From the NCBI GenBank assembly GCA_022729315.1, contig JALDAF010000002.1, forward strand, positions 1 through 47,532: a stretch of DNA of 47,532 nt, given 5' to 3'. Both the position numbers and the translations under genes were made by a program. The number at the start of each line of letters is the position of its first letter. Position 1 is the stretch's first letter. This DNA comes from Candidatus Nanohalalkaliarchaeum halalkaliphilum (GTDB taxonomy: Archaea > Nanohalarchaeota > Nanosalinia > Nanosalinales > Nanohalalkaliarchaeaceae). Below the pieces are notes generated by a model that was given only the letters and a program-made list of their open reading frames with translations, did no database searches and was not told where the DNA came from. This document shows positions 1 through 9,398 of the stretch, in pieces.

Positions 1-279
1 CAGGTGGAGCACCTGGCGCCGCACCGTGACCTGGACGAAGGGGTGTTGCGGACGCTGGCGTTGATCGCGTACAACACCCCTGTGAAGCAGTCAGAGGTGA
101 TCGATGTCCGTGGGAACCGGGCGTACGGCCAGATCAAGGAGCTGATAAACCGCGGGTTCGTGGATGCGGAGAAGGATGGCCGGACCAAGGTGCTGGAAGT
201 GACAGACCACTTCCTCGAATACTTCGAGCTGGACGCGCCAGACGAGTTCGCGATGCAGGAGGAAGACACGGCGCTCTGA
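1..279 (+). CDS. scpB: Segregation and condensation protein ScpB, C-terminal part (5' end outside window)
   Basis: The frame is open from base 1. The winged-helix-like segment LALIAYNTPVKQSEVIDVRGNRAYGQIKELINRGFV...GRTKVLEVTDHFLEYF is typical of ScpB. It has an acidic tail and TGA at 277-279. Confidence 0.7.
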   Translation, partial: QVEHLAPHRDLDEGVLRTLALIAYNTPVKQSEVIDVRGNRAYGQIKELINRGFVDAEKDGRTKVLEVTDHFLEYFELDAPDEFAMQEEDTAL

Positions 280-300
280 CGGTTAACCGGTGTTTGTCAG

Positions 301-1050
301 TTACCGTTTATCCGGGTCCTCTAACTTAAACCAGCGATCCGTCTTCCGTCGCCTGATGTCCCGCACGTTCTGGCCGATGATAATGAACGAGATCATAGTG
401 AACATGAGTTCGTACCCGTTGCCAAACACCGGGAGCACGATCTCGACGTCACGCATCCTCCGTTCCGTATCCGGCGGATCCTCAACTGTATCAGGGTCGT
501 CAACAGTCTCGGCGTCTTCCGGTTTGTCTTCCACTACTTCAGGCTCTTCTGGTTCCTGGATCAGCGACATGTAGCGTCTGTCCTCGACCGTCCCCAGTTT
601 CCACTCCGCCTCCTCTCCGATAAATGACTGTTCTACACCGGTCTCCGTGGATATGACGAACACCCCTGTCAGGAAGAAGAACTGGTCGTACACCGGCCAG
701 AACAGGTTCACCCCGCTTTCAACCAGGTCCAGTCCGATATGGGCGAAGGCAATCACAAATATGCATGTCCAAACCACGCGTTCTCCTTCCGGGCCCCAGT
801 GCCGTTCAAAAAAATCTGTATCCCTGACGTATACGAGGTAGAACATGATCAATGCCGGGATTACAACGATCCATATATTGTGCAGTACTGTCCTGTGCGC
901 TCCCGGAAACCATATCTCCAGAAACATGTCGACATCCGGAAAGATCGCCGCCGTCACCACCGCCAGCAACGCCCATTCATCGAAGTCATCTCCCAGTATC
1001 GCACGGCCGATCACGGCACCGACCGCGGCATGAACGATGATCGACGGCAT
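301..1050 (-). CDS. Membrane-bound metal-dependent hydrolase, YdjM/DUF457-like, with an acidic low-complexity loop
   Basis: ATG at 1050. It has several hydrophobic helices with His/Asp motifs (SIIVHAAVGAVIG, FPDVDMF, HRTVLHNIW, FAHIGLD) and an inserted EPEEPEVVEDKPEDAETVDDPDTVEDPPD loop. Confidence 0.55.
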   Translation of the reverse strand: MPSIIVHAAVGAVIGRAILGDDFDEWALLAVVTAAIFPDVDMFLEIWFPGAHRTVLHNIWIVVIPALIMFYLVYVRDTDFFERHWGPEGERVVWTCIFVIAFAHIGLDLVESGVNLFWPVYDQFFFLTGVFVISTETGVEQSFIGEEAEWKLGTVEDRRYMSLIQEPEEPEVVEDKPEDAETVDDPDTVEDPPDTERRMRDVEIVLPVFGNGYELMFTMISFIIIGQNVRDIRRRKTDRWFKLEDPDKR

Positions 1051-1134
1051 ACCTTTACCTCACCTTCACTCCCATATCTTTCTTTCGGCCGGCCACGCTG
1101 TCTTTCGCTGAACGGGACGCTTTCAGGGATGGCA

Positions 1135-1145
1135 GGTTTAAAATG
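1135..1145 (+). promoter_or_regulatory. TATA-like box (GGTTTAAAATG) about 25-30 nt upstream of the NFACT gene ATG
   Basis: An AT-rich box lies in otherwise GC-rich DNA. The spacing to the ATG at 1168 fits a leaderless or short-leader archaeal transcript. Confidence 0.4.
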
Positions 1146-1167
1146 CTGTTTATACCATTGAACCGGT

Positions 1168-3135
1168 ATGAAGGAAGAGATCGCAAGCATGGATCTGGTC
1201 GGACTGGTGCAGGAGCTGCAGGTGCTGGAGGAGGCACGGATCGACAAGTTCTACCAGCGGGACAACGAGCTGATCATCCATGTGTACAAGCCGGGAGACC
1301 AGAAATACCGGTTGTTCCTGACGGACGGGAAGGCGTTCCTCACCAGGTTCAAGCGGGAGATGCCTGACCAGCCACCGTCGTTCTGCATGTATCTCCGGAA
1401 ACAGCTTGGCGGCCGTGTGATCCAGGAGATCAAGCAGTACGGCTTCGACCGGATCCTGGAGATCCATACGGAAGAGCATGTTCTGATCTGTGAGCTGTTC
1501 CGGAACGGGAACTTCATCCTCGTCAAGAAGAACATGGCGGTGGAGAATGCGATGACGTACGGGGATGCGTCCGGCGGCCGCAGTATTCAGAAGGGAGAAC
1601 AGTACGAGTACCCGTCCGCAGACCAGAGTGGGATCCGGGAGGACGAACTGTTTGAGGATAACGCGGAGGACAAGATCGTCGTGGTACTGGCCTCTGAAGT
1701 GGGACTGGGCGGAAGCTGGGCGGAGGAGATGTGTGCCCGTGCCGGGATCGATAAGAACACGCCGGCCGGCGAGTTAACCGAGGAACAGCGCGATACCATC
1801 ATCGAAACCGTCAATGATGCGTTCAAACAGCTGAAAAACGGACCGCTTCAACCCACGGTATACTACGAAGTGGATGAGGACGGTGAGCTGCCGATAGCCG
1901 CCACACCGGTACCGTTCAAAACCTACGCCGAGGATGCGGACAGCACACGGGAATTCGACACGTTCTCCCGTGCACTGGACATCTACTTCACGGAGAAGGA
2001 GAAGGCCGAGTATGTCCGGAAGAAAACGAAAGCGTACCGGGAGCGGAAGGAGGAGCTTGAGCGGCGGCTGGACCAGCAGGAGCGGAAGGTCGAGGGGATG
2101 AAGACCGCTATCGAGGAGAACAGGGAGAACGGCGACATCATCTACGAGAACTACTCGGTCGTGGAGGACGTGATCGACACGGTGCGGACCGCGCAGAAAC
2201 AATACGATAACGATGAGATAGAGGAACGGTTGAACAGTGAGAAGGCGAAGGGGATCCCCGAGGCCGAGGCCATCGAACGGCTGGACCTCCACCAGCAGGA
2301 GGTTGTGCTGGACCTGGGGAAAGAGATACGGATCGATATTACCAAAGATGTGGAGCGGAACGCGGAATACTACTACGAGCGCTCCAAGAAATCCCGGGAG
2401 AAACTGGACGGCGTGCGGAAGGCGTTGAAAGAGACCAGGCAGGAGCTGGAGAACCTGGAGGAGACCGATGTGGACGTGGAGGACGCGTTCCGGGACAAGG
2501 AAGAGAAGAAAGCCGAAAAGCAGTGGTACGAGAAGTTCCGGTGGTTCTACTCCAGCGACGGCTTCCTCGTGATCGGCGGCCGGGACACCACCTCCAACGA
2601 CATGCTGGTCAAGAAATACATGGACGAACACGACATCTACGTCCACGCCGAGTTCACCGGCGCACCATCGGTCGTGATCAAGACGGACGGCGAAGACGTG
2701 CCCGAATCTACACTGGAAGAGGCTGGACAGTTCGCCGTCACGTTCGCCCGGTCATGGAAGGCCGGCGTCACCGCCGAAGACGCGTACTGGGTGCACCCCG
2801 ACCAGGTCACACAGGAAGCGGAGAGCGGCGAATTCCTGCCGAAGGGAAGTTTCGTCATCCGCGGCGACCGGAACTACATGCGGAACCTTCCGGTGAAAGG
2901 CGCGATCGGTGCATACGAACGGGACGACGGCGTCGTGGCCATGGGCGGCCCTGTGGACGCGGTCAAGGACCAGTGCAGCCACTACGTGGTGATCGAACAG
3001 GGGCAGAAAAAGCCGTCAGACGTGGCAAAGAACATCCAGCACCACCTCCATACGCAGACCGGAGAGGATTTCGACCTTGACCGGATCATCCGCGCACTGC
3101 CACCAGGGAACAGCCGGGTGGTGGAAAAGCAGTAA
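1168..3135 (+). CDS. NFACT-family protein (FbpA/Rqc2-like, ribosome quality control type)
   Basis: 655 aa. It has an N-terminal NFACT-N-like region, a long charged coiled-coil middle, and a C-terminal DUF814/NFACT-R block WFYSSDGFLVIGGRDTTSNDMLVKKYMDEHDIYVHAEFTGAPSVVIK. Confidence 0.85.
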   Translation: MKEEIASMDLVGLVQELQVLEEARIDKFYQRDNELIIHVYKPGDQKYRLFLTDGKAFLTRFKREMPDQPPSFCMYLRKQLGGRVIQEIKQYGFDRILEIHTEEHVLICELFRNGNFILVKKNMAVENAMTYGDASGGRSIQKGEQYEYPSADQSGIREDELFEDNAEDKIVVVLASEVGLGGSWAEEMCARAGIDKNTPAGELTEEQRDTIIETVNDAFKQLKNGPLQPTVYYEVDEDGELPIAATPVPFKTYAEDADSTREFDTFSRALDIYFTEKEKAEYVRKKTKAYRERKEELERRLDQQERKVEGMKTAIEENRENGDIIYENYSVVEDVIDTVRTAQKQYDNDEIEERLNSEKAKGIPEAEAIERLDLHQQEVVLDLGKEIRIDITKDVERNAEYYYERSKKSREKLDGVRKALKETRQELENLEETDVDVEDAFRDKEEKKAEKQWYEKFRWFYSSDGFLVIGGRDTTSNDMLVKKYMDEHDIYVHAEFTGAPSVVIKTDGEDVPESTLEEAGQFAVTFARSWKAGVTAEDAYWVHPDQVTQEAESGEFLPKGSFVIRGDRNYMRNLPVKGAIGAYERDDGVVAMGGPVDAVKDQCSHYVVIEQGQKKPSDVAKNIQHHLHTQTGEDFDLDRIIRALPPGNSRVVEKQ

Positions 3136-3182
3136 CTCCTTACCGTCAGCTACGCCCTGACAGCCCGTACTAAATCCTGATT

Positions 3183-3854
3183 CTATGGGAGCCGCGGTTC
3201 TACAACCGCCCATATTTCTTCGTGGATCTCTTCCGGTGGGCGCAGCGCGTCCGTGCCATCGATCTGTGACCAGCACCAGCCGTGCTGGAGCGGGTCGATA
3301 CGGCGCCATCCTTCTCGTTCCGCGATCTCTCGGTACGCTGCCTTGACCTTGCGGAGGTACGTCATGTCGGCCTCGTGCTTGTCCCTGTTCCGGCCCTGGA
3401 GCTGCATCAGTTCGCGGCACTGCTTGATCGGCATGTCCACATACAGTACCGTGTCCGGCTGCGGAAGATCCTGTTCCTGGGTCTTCAGCCATTCGATGAA
3501 CTGCCAGCGCTCCTGTCGTGGCATGTGCGCGGTCTGGTACGCGTAGTTGGACTGGGCGTACCGGTCCGTCACAACGATCTTTCCCTCCTGTAACGCCTGC
3601 TGCAGCCTGTCCTTCATCTGGCGGCGGTCAGCGATGTAGAGTTCAGCCAGTGCCTCGGTTGTCAGTTCGATCGCGTCCTCGCCCTGCAGGTAGTTACGGA
3701 GCTTCCGGCCTGCCTCGGTCTGCTCGTACGCCGGGAAGTCCTGTGCAAACACGTCATACCCGTTCTCCTTCAGCCGGTCAACGAGCAGGTTCCATTGTGT
3801 TTCTTTCCCTGACGCATCCGGCCCTTCAATATTGATGAACCGTCCTTCCCCCAT
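3183..3854 (-). CDS. tmk: dTMP (thymidylate) kinase
   Basis: P-loop FINIEGPDASGKETQ, then DRY and lid-like motifs. I placed the start at the internal ATG (3854) because a TATA-like AGTTTTTATGCC lies about 25-30 nt upstream. The ORF is open to 3917. Confidence 0.85.
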   Translation of the reverse strand: MGEGRFINIEGPDASGKETQWNLLVDRLKENGYDVFAQDFPAYEQTEAGRKLRNYLQGEDAIELTTEALAELYIADRRQMKDRLQQALQEGKIVVTDRYAQSNYAYQTAHMPRQERWQFIEWLKTQEQDLPQPDTVLYVDMPIKQCRELMQLQGRNRDKHEADMTYLRKVKAAYREIAEREGWRRIDPLQHGWCWSQIDGTDALRPPEEIHEEIWAVVEPRLP

Positions 3855-3934
3855 GGTGGACTGTGGGAAGCGCTGGCATAAAAACTTCACTGCACCCGGA
3901 CCTATTTCAACCGGCACACCCTACCTGTACAGTG

Positions 3935-4576
3935 ATGAGTGAGCGAGAGTACGTGCTGGAGCATGCGACCGAGACCGAGCCTGCCGGTGAACAGGACTAC
4001 GTGGGCCGGATCGGTCAGGAAACTGACGCGGATACGGTAGGAACACTGGAAACGTACCTTGAGAAGGGACGGAACTATGTGCTGGACGTTGCCAGCGGCA
4101 GCGTCTCCATTGCAGAGATGTGTGCACCGGAGATCGCTGCCAATGATATGGAGTACGATGAACGGGAGAACGCGGTCCGGTACCGGTTGACAGACGATTC
4201 CTCGACAGCAACCCTGTACCGGCAGATCGTTCCCAGTTACCTGCACCGGGACAGTATTGACGACGAGAAGGCCGATGCGGTGGTTACCGGTATAACGTAC
4301 GGTCTCTGGATGGCCGGGCAGACCCAGGGTGTCGGACTGCCTGTCCCAGCTGACACGATGATGGATCAGGAAGACTTCGAGGAGACCGTTGAGCAGGCGG
4401 TGCACGACCGTGTGGACGAGACGGATGCGGAGTACATCATCATCGAGACCGATCACGGATGGACGCGGGAGCTACCTGCCACTCCGGAGAACGAGGAACA
4501 CGTTGCAGAAGACGCCACGCAGTACATGACCGAGGAACTGGAATCCGGCCAGGGGACGAAGCAGGACTCCCCGTGA
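3935..4576 (+). CDS. Hypothetical acidic protein (no recognisable motif)
   Basis: An open frame of 213 codons from ATG 3935 (the ORF is open from 3863). Composition is strongly acidic like neighbouring real genes. It converges on the next gene, with a 6-nt gap between the stops. Confidence 0.5.
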   Translation: MSEREYVLEHATETEPAGEQDYVGRIGQETDADTVGTLETYLEKGRNYVLDVASGSVSIAEMCAPEIAANDMEYDERENAVRYRLTDDSSTATLYRQIVPSYLHRDSIDDEKADAVVTGITYGLWMAGQTQGVGLPVPADTMMDQEDFEETVEQAVHDRVDETDAEYIIIETDHGWTRELPATPENEEHVAEDATQYMTEELESGQGTKQDSP

Positions 4577-4582
4577 TGACTG

Positions 4583-5686
4583 TTATTCGATGTGTCTGTC
4601 CGCGATATCCTTTGCGGTCGCAACGTGCGTATCCCGGGAGGATCGTGTTCCCACGCCACTGCCCTCGTACAGTTCAGGATCAGATTTGAGGCAGCTTCCT
4701 GCGGTTCGTATGTGCTCGTTGACCGTACCGTTCTCCCATACCGTCTCCGGGAGCGTGTCCCTGCCGTGCACCGTCCAGTCGATCACGTCCCGCAGCAGGT
4801 CCGCGTCCAGTTCGGGTGTCCGTGAATCTGCCTGGAACGCTGCCAGTGCCTTCCAGTACCGCTTCCCGTTCCCATCTTGATCATCCACACCGTACCGGGA
4901 CCAGTCAATATCTGTTCCATTATCTGGGTTTTCCACCGCTGTCACGGCGTACCCCGCGTTCTGTGCAGCATCCTGTGTGGTCTCGGAGGGGTGCTGTGGC
5001 GAACGCCCGTTCGTGTTCTCATCGACCGTGACATCCATATCCAGCACCTGGTAGAAGTCCACGGTGAACGCCTCCTGCATGGCCTCCTGAAGCCCGTCCG
5101 ATACGGCGGGAGGCTGCTCCAGCGTCTTGTTATGCTGCGTCATCTTGTCTGCAAGATCACTGGCGATAACCTGTTTGGCTTCGGGCCGGTTCTTGCCTTC
5201 AACACGCTTCCGCACATACTGTTCATCGATATCGACGCACATCCCCAATGCGGTACACGCTTCCTCGATCTGTTCCACGTATGATGCGCTATCCTCCCCG
5301 TACTCCCCATCTAACCCGTGGTCCGTGAGAAACCGGTCAAGCAGTTCAGCGTGTTCACCGACTTTTTGCTGCAACAGGTTGAACTGGCGCTCCCACCGCT
5401 TCAGTTCTGCATCGGTCGACCGGTACTCCCGTAACAGGTATTCGGCAAACTCCTCTGGATCCTCATCGATCTCAGGATATAGTGAATGGGCAGGCTCAGA
5501 TAGTTCTCCGTACCGGAGTGCTGCCGCGTGCACCGGGTCAAACGTGTCCTTCTCTGCTTCCTCTGTGTACTGCAGCGCGTCAATGACCGGATCCATTTTA
5601 CGGCGCTGAACCAGTGATAGCTCTTCGTAGCGTGCATCGCCGCCAAACAGTGCTGACGCAGTCTCATAGTTCATGTTTTCTGTCAT
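4583..5686 (-). CDS. Hypothetical acidic protein, 367 aa
   Basis: A long ATG-initiated ORF with halophile-like acidic composition. I recognise no family motif. Confidence 0.55.
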   Translation of the reverse strand: MTENMNYETASALFGGDARYEELSLVQRRKMDPVIDALQYTEEAEKDTFDPVHAAALRYGELSEPAHSLYPEIDEDPEEFAEYLLREYRSTDAELKRWERQFNLLQQKVGEHAELLDRFLTDHGLDGEYGEDSASYVEQIEEACTALGMCVDIDEQYVRKRVEGKNRPEAKQVIASDLADKMTQHNKTLEQPPAVSDGLQEAMQEAFTVDFYQVLDMDVTVDENTNGRSPQHPSETTQDAAQNAGYAVTAVENPDNGTDIDWSRYGVDDQDGNGKRYWKALAAFQADSRTPELDADLLRDVIDWTVHGRDTLPETVWENGTVNEHIRTAGSCLKSDPELYEGSGVGTRSSRDTHVATAKDIADRHIE

Positions 5687-5819
5687 AACGATCCGCCCTC
5701 CCGTGGACCATACAGCACTCGAACCGTACAGTTAAATCCATGTCTTTCTCCACAAGAGAAACTACCGGATGACAGACTTCCCGAGAACCCTTAAAACACT
5801 TCAACCGTCACGTATACGT

Positions 5820-8147
5820 ATGCAGGTCTCCTCCCTGACCGACCACGGTATCCCTGAAACCGTCACAGATACATTGACGGAGAACGGTATCACCGAGCTC
5901 AACCCGCCGCAGGAGCAGGCGGTCAAAAAGGGACTGCTGGACGGGGAGAGCCAGGTCGTGTCATCCCCGACAGCATCCGGGAAAACGTTGATCGCCACGC
6001 TCGCCATCTCCAAACTTTTGGAGACCCGGGAGAACGATCAGCAGAAGGCTATCTACCTTGTGCCGTTGAAGGCCCTGGGCTCCGAGAAATACAGTGATTA
6101 CCAGGAATTCTTCGATACAACCTTCGACGATGTGGACGTGGCACTGTCCGTCGGTGATAAGGACTCCGGTGACCGTTGGATCGAGCACAAGGACCTGATC
6201 ATCATGACCGTGGAGAAACTGGATGCGCTGCTCCGGCACAACCCGACATGGATCAAGGAGGTGGACCTGGTTGTGGTGGACGAGATCCATCTGCTGAACT
6301 CGGACAGCCGCGGCCCAACGCTGGAGGTCACGCTGACACGGCTCAAGGAACTGATGGAGTTCCAGCTCCTGGGCCTTTCCGCCACCGTGAAAAACTCTCA
6401 GGAACTGGCAGACTGGCTGGACTGTACACTCGTGGAAAGCGACTACCGCCCCGTTGACCTGAAGGAGGGTATCCACTGGAACAGCGAGATCACGTTCTAC
6501 GACGGCGACATCGACCTACCAAATAATGATACGGACAACGACAGTGCGTTCGTACGCGGGACCAAGAAACGTGCGGAAAAATCGGCACGGGACGCGATCG
6601 AGGACAGTACAGACACCGTGTCCATCACCGGGCAGCACAGGCACGCGACACAGAACCTGCTGCAGGATGCGCTGGACCGGGGCAACCAGCAGATTACCTT
6701 CGTCCGCAGCCGGAAAAGCGCCGAGTCCGAGGCCGAGAAAAGTGGTGAGGTGGTCACCGAGGAGCTGGGCCGGGAGGAGCAGCAGGAACTGGAGGAGCTA
6801 TCCGATAAGATCAGGAACGTGTTGGGTTCGCCGACCAAGCAGTGCAGAAGATTGGCGCGGTGCGTGAAGGACGGGGCCGCATTCCACCATGCCGGGCTGC
6901 TGTCACAGCAGCGGAGCCTGATCGAGGACGCGTTCCGGGACGGCCTGATCAAGAGCGTGTCCGCCACTCCCACTTTGGCAGCAGGCGTCTCTCTCCCTGC
7001 GTACCGGATTGTTATCCGGGATGTGAAGCGGTACACGGACGCCGGACTGAACTTTATACCGGTCATGGAGTACAAGCAGATGGCAGGCCGTGCGGGGCGG
7101 CCGGAACATCACGACGAGGGACAGGCCATCGCGGTCGCGAAAAACTCGGGGGACGTGGAGGATATCCGGGACCGGTACGTTCTGGGCGATCCCGAACAGA
7201 TCTACTCCAAGCTGGCGGTGGAGCCGGTGCTGCGGATGCACGCGCTCGGGCTGATCGCCACCCGGTTTGTCGCCGACTTTGATGAGCTGGTCAGCTTCTT
7301 CGACAGCACGTTTTACGCCCACCAGTACGGTGACGCGGAGGAGGTTGAGAACAAGCTGCAGACCGTGGTCGAGACACTGGACGAGTACGGGTTCGTCGCC
7401 ATCGAGGACGGTGACGGTCTGCGGCCGACCAGTATCGGGAAACGCGTCGCAGAGCTGTACATCGATCCGTACACCGCGCACCGACTGCTGGAGAACATGA
7501 AGGAGGCACGGAAACGGAAGAGCAGTGACCGGTCCGTTCCTGATATCGCGTACCTGCACATGCTGTGCGCCACGATCGAGATGAAGCCGCGGCTCCGGAT
7601 CCGTGACAACGAGATGGTGGATGTGGAGGATATGCTGGGCCAGGTCGAGACACGGCTGCTGGAGGATGTGCCGAAGCCGTGGGATGACCTTGACTACCAG
7701 CGGTTCCTCAAGAGTTTGAAGACCGCGATGATGCTGAACGCGTGGATAATAGAGATGGAGGAGGACGATATCATGGACCGGTTCACGGTCACACCGGGCG
7801 GGGTTCGGTACAAGGTGGAGAACGCGGACTGGCTGCTGTACGCCTGTGAAGAACTGTGCACACTGAAAGAGTGGAAAGAGGTCAGATCGGACGTGTCCAA
7901 GCTGCGGACACGGATGAAGCACGGGATCAAGGAGGAGCTCCTGTCACTGGTCCGGTTCAAAGGTATCGGCCGCGTCCGGGCCCGTGCACTGTACAAGCGA
8001 GACATCACCACCGCCAAGGACATCCGGGATGCAGACTTCAACACACTGAAGAGTGCTATCGGGAAACGGACTGCCGAAAAACTGAAGGAACAGGTCGGAC
8101 AGGACGACGTGTTCGACAGGGAGAACATCCTGGACTACTTCGAGTAG
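5820..8147 (+). CDS. hel308: Hel308/Ski2-type ATP-dependent DNA helicase
   Basis: Walker A SPTASGKT, DEIH box VVDEIHLL, SAT (LSAT), motif VI QMAGRAGRP, and a C-terminal HhH-like tail (RFKGIGRVRARALY). Start placed at MQVSSLTDHGIPE (5820), with CCCTTAAAACAC about 25 nt upstream. The ORF is open from 5769. Confidence 0.9.
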   Translation: MQVSSLTDHGIPETVTDTLTENGITELNPPQEQAVKKGLLDGESQVVSSPTASGKTLIATLAISKLLETRENDQQKAIYLVPLKALGSEKYSDYQEFFDTTFDDVDVALSVGDKDSGDRWIEHKDLIIMTVEKLDALLRHNPTWIKEVDLVVVDEIHLLNSDSRGPTLEVTLTRLKELMEFQLLGLSATVKNSQELADWLDCTLVESDYRPVDLKEGIHWNSEITFYDGDIDLPNNDTDNDSAFVRGTKKRAEKSARDAIEDSTDTVSITGQHRHATQNLLQDALDRGNQQITFVRSRKSAESEAEKSGEVVTEELGREEQQELEELSDKIRNVLGSPTKQCRRLARCVKDGAAFHHAGLLSQQRSLIEDAFRDGLIKSVSATPTLAAGVSLPAYRIVIRDVKRYTDAGLNFIPVMEYKQMAGRAGRPEHHDEGQAIAVAKNSGDVEDIRDRYVLGDPEQIYSKLAVEPVLRMHALGLIATRFVADFDELVSFFDSTFYAHQYGDAEEVENKLQTVVETLDEYGFVAIEDGDGLRPTSIGKRVAELYIDPYTAHRLLENMKEARKRKSSDRSVPDIAYLHMLCATIEMKPRLRIRDNEMVDVEDMLGQVETRLLEDVPKPWDDLDYQRFLKSLKTAMMLNAWIIEMEEDDIMDRFTVTPGGVRYKVENADWLLYACEELCTLKEWKEVRSDVSKLRTRMKHGIKEELLSLVRFKGIGRVRARALYKRDITTAKDIRDADFNTLKSAIGKRTAEKLKEQVGQDDVFDRENILDYFE

Positions 8148-8215
8148 TCTCCTGTACCGCACCCTGAAACCTTGCGCTGCAAAATGTATTTTAAGAGAAG
8201 CGATAAATGTAATGT

Positions 8216-8557
8216 ATGGCCGATGCAACTCTGCTGATCCACCTGTTCGGGTTCACGATCGGTGTAATCGCGGTTATGATGCTTATCTTTCAGGCAGTGC
8301 TCCTGGGCAGGGATGACTGGAGTATCCTCTCCGTCCGGTTCTTCCTGAAGCAAAAGACAACGGAAGAGTATCACATGTTTATCCTGTACAGCGTGGCTAT
8401 CGCCGTGGTTGCATTAACGGCCAACCATCTAGTTACCTTTTTCGAGGGATATACGGCTCTTGGCACCATCCTCCAGTTCACCTCAACCATCTTCCTGACA
8501 CTCACCGTGCTCTATCTCTACGAGATGCAGGAACATCTCAGCATCCCCCGCAAATGA
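8216..8557 (+). CDS. Small integral membrane protein (about 3 TM segments), unknown function
   Basis: ATG at 8216 with GTATTTTAAGAG about 25 nt upstream. It has three hydrophobic stretches. Confidence 0.5.
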   Translation: MADATLLIHLFGFTIGVIAVMMLIFQAVLLGRDDWSILSVRFFLKQKTTEEYHMFILYSVAIAVVALTANHLVTFFEGYTALGTILQFTSTIFLTLTVLYLYEMQEHLSIPRK

Positions 8558-8620
8558 ACCTCCATCACGGACCTGTACAGCCGGTAACTTTAAGGCTTGA
8601 CAGGTAACAACTACTGTTGT

Positions 8621-9256
8621 ATGGAGCGGCTGGTCTATCTGAACACGGTTGACGGGATCGAACAGTTCCTGGAGCGGGCGGCGTGGCACGGTGTGGACGG
8701 GATAGAGGTCGACATCACGGACATGTCGGAGGAGGACTATATTCTTGCGAAAGGATACCTGCGGAACTGCGTGATCCCAACGGAGAGCATGCATTACGAG
8801 CGGACCGGCACCATCTCATTGAAGGAGTGGGAGCTGTTCAAGAGCCAGCTGGAGATGATGGTGGAACGTGCCGACGAGCTGAACTGCGACACGCTCAGTG
8901 TACACCCACCGCGTGTGGAGAAGGAGACCTCGAACACGGTAAAAGACCTGCAGGAGTTCATCGAACAGGTGGATGCGTATGCGGCCGCGGCAGACATCAA
9001 GCTCTGCTTCGAACTCACCGGGTTCATGAAGGACCCGCAGATGATCAACGCAGGATTCGATTCGCTTGAAGACCCTGATCTGGGAGTGATGATCGATCTG
9101 GACGCCATCACCGCCGGCGTAAACCCACTGAGCATCCTGCAGAAACTGGATGTGGAGATCCACAAGGTCCGGTTCCCTGTCCCCCTGAAACGCATGGAGG
9201 ACGAGTTCAACCTGGGATCGGATAACGTGGCGGTCGTCGCCGCCTCGATCGAATAG
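8621..9256 (+). CDS. Probable sugar-phosphate isomerase/epimerase (xylose isomerase-like TIM barrel)
   Basis: The alternating beta/alpha pattern with GVDGIEVD, LSVHPP, KLCFELTG and VMIDLD resembles the AP endonuclease 2 / xylose-isomerase-like fold. ATG at 8621 has GTAACTTTAAGG about 25-30 nt upstream. The TTG at 8597 is less likely. Confidence 0.45.
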   Translation: MERLVYLNTVDGIEQFLERAAWHGVDGIEVDITDMSEEDYILAKGYLRNCVIPTESMHYERTGTISLKEWELFKSQLEMMVERADELNCDTLSVHPPRVEKETSNTVKDLQEFIEQVDAYAAAADIKLCFELTGFMKDPQMINAGFDSLEDPDLGVMIDLDAITAGVNPLSILQKLDVEIHKVRFPVPLKRMEDEFNLGSDNVAVVAASIE

Positions 9257-9343
9257 CCCATCACCGCCTCGAATAAGAATTTTCTACAGTATATCAAGGT
9301 TCTGTTCGATATCTGGGTTCTGCGAAGCAGATACTGGTTGTGA

Positions 9344-9364
9344 CAGGACTTAGTATAAGTCCTG
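9344..9364. terminator. Perfect 9-bp stem hairpin (CAGGACTTA-gta-TAAGTCCTG) between convergent genes
   Basis: The inverted repeat was read directly from the sequence. It lies in the 142-nt gap between the convergent 3' ends at 9256 and 9399. A role in termination is inferred only. Confidence 0.35.
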
Positions 9365-9398
9365 GATATGCGACTTCCTACGGATGCCGCATGTTGAG

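Noticed and set aside
290-574. Ser/Thr/Gly-rich 94-aa plus-strand ORF
   Set aside because: It is the antisense reading of the acidic loop (EPEEPEVVEDKPEDAETVDD...) of the membrane hydrolase gene.
1774-2646. 290-aa ORF antisense to the NFACT gene
   Set aside because: It is Leu/Val/His/Pro-rich and non-acidic, and lies fully inside a well-supported gene on the other strand. This is a typical shadow ORF of GC-rich acidic coding sequence.
3855-3917. 21-codon N-terminal extension of the thymidylate kinase ORF
   Set aside because: The extension would cover the TATA-like box and the divergent promoter region. The P-loop starts 8 residues after the internal ATG, as usual for Tmk.
6903-7922. 339-aa ORF antisense to hel308
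   Set aside because: Same shadow-ORF composition (H/L/V/P/R-rich). hel308 motifs occupy the opposite strand.
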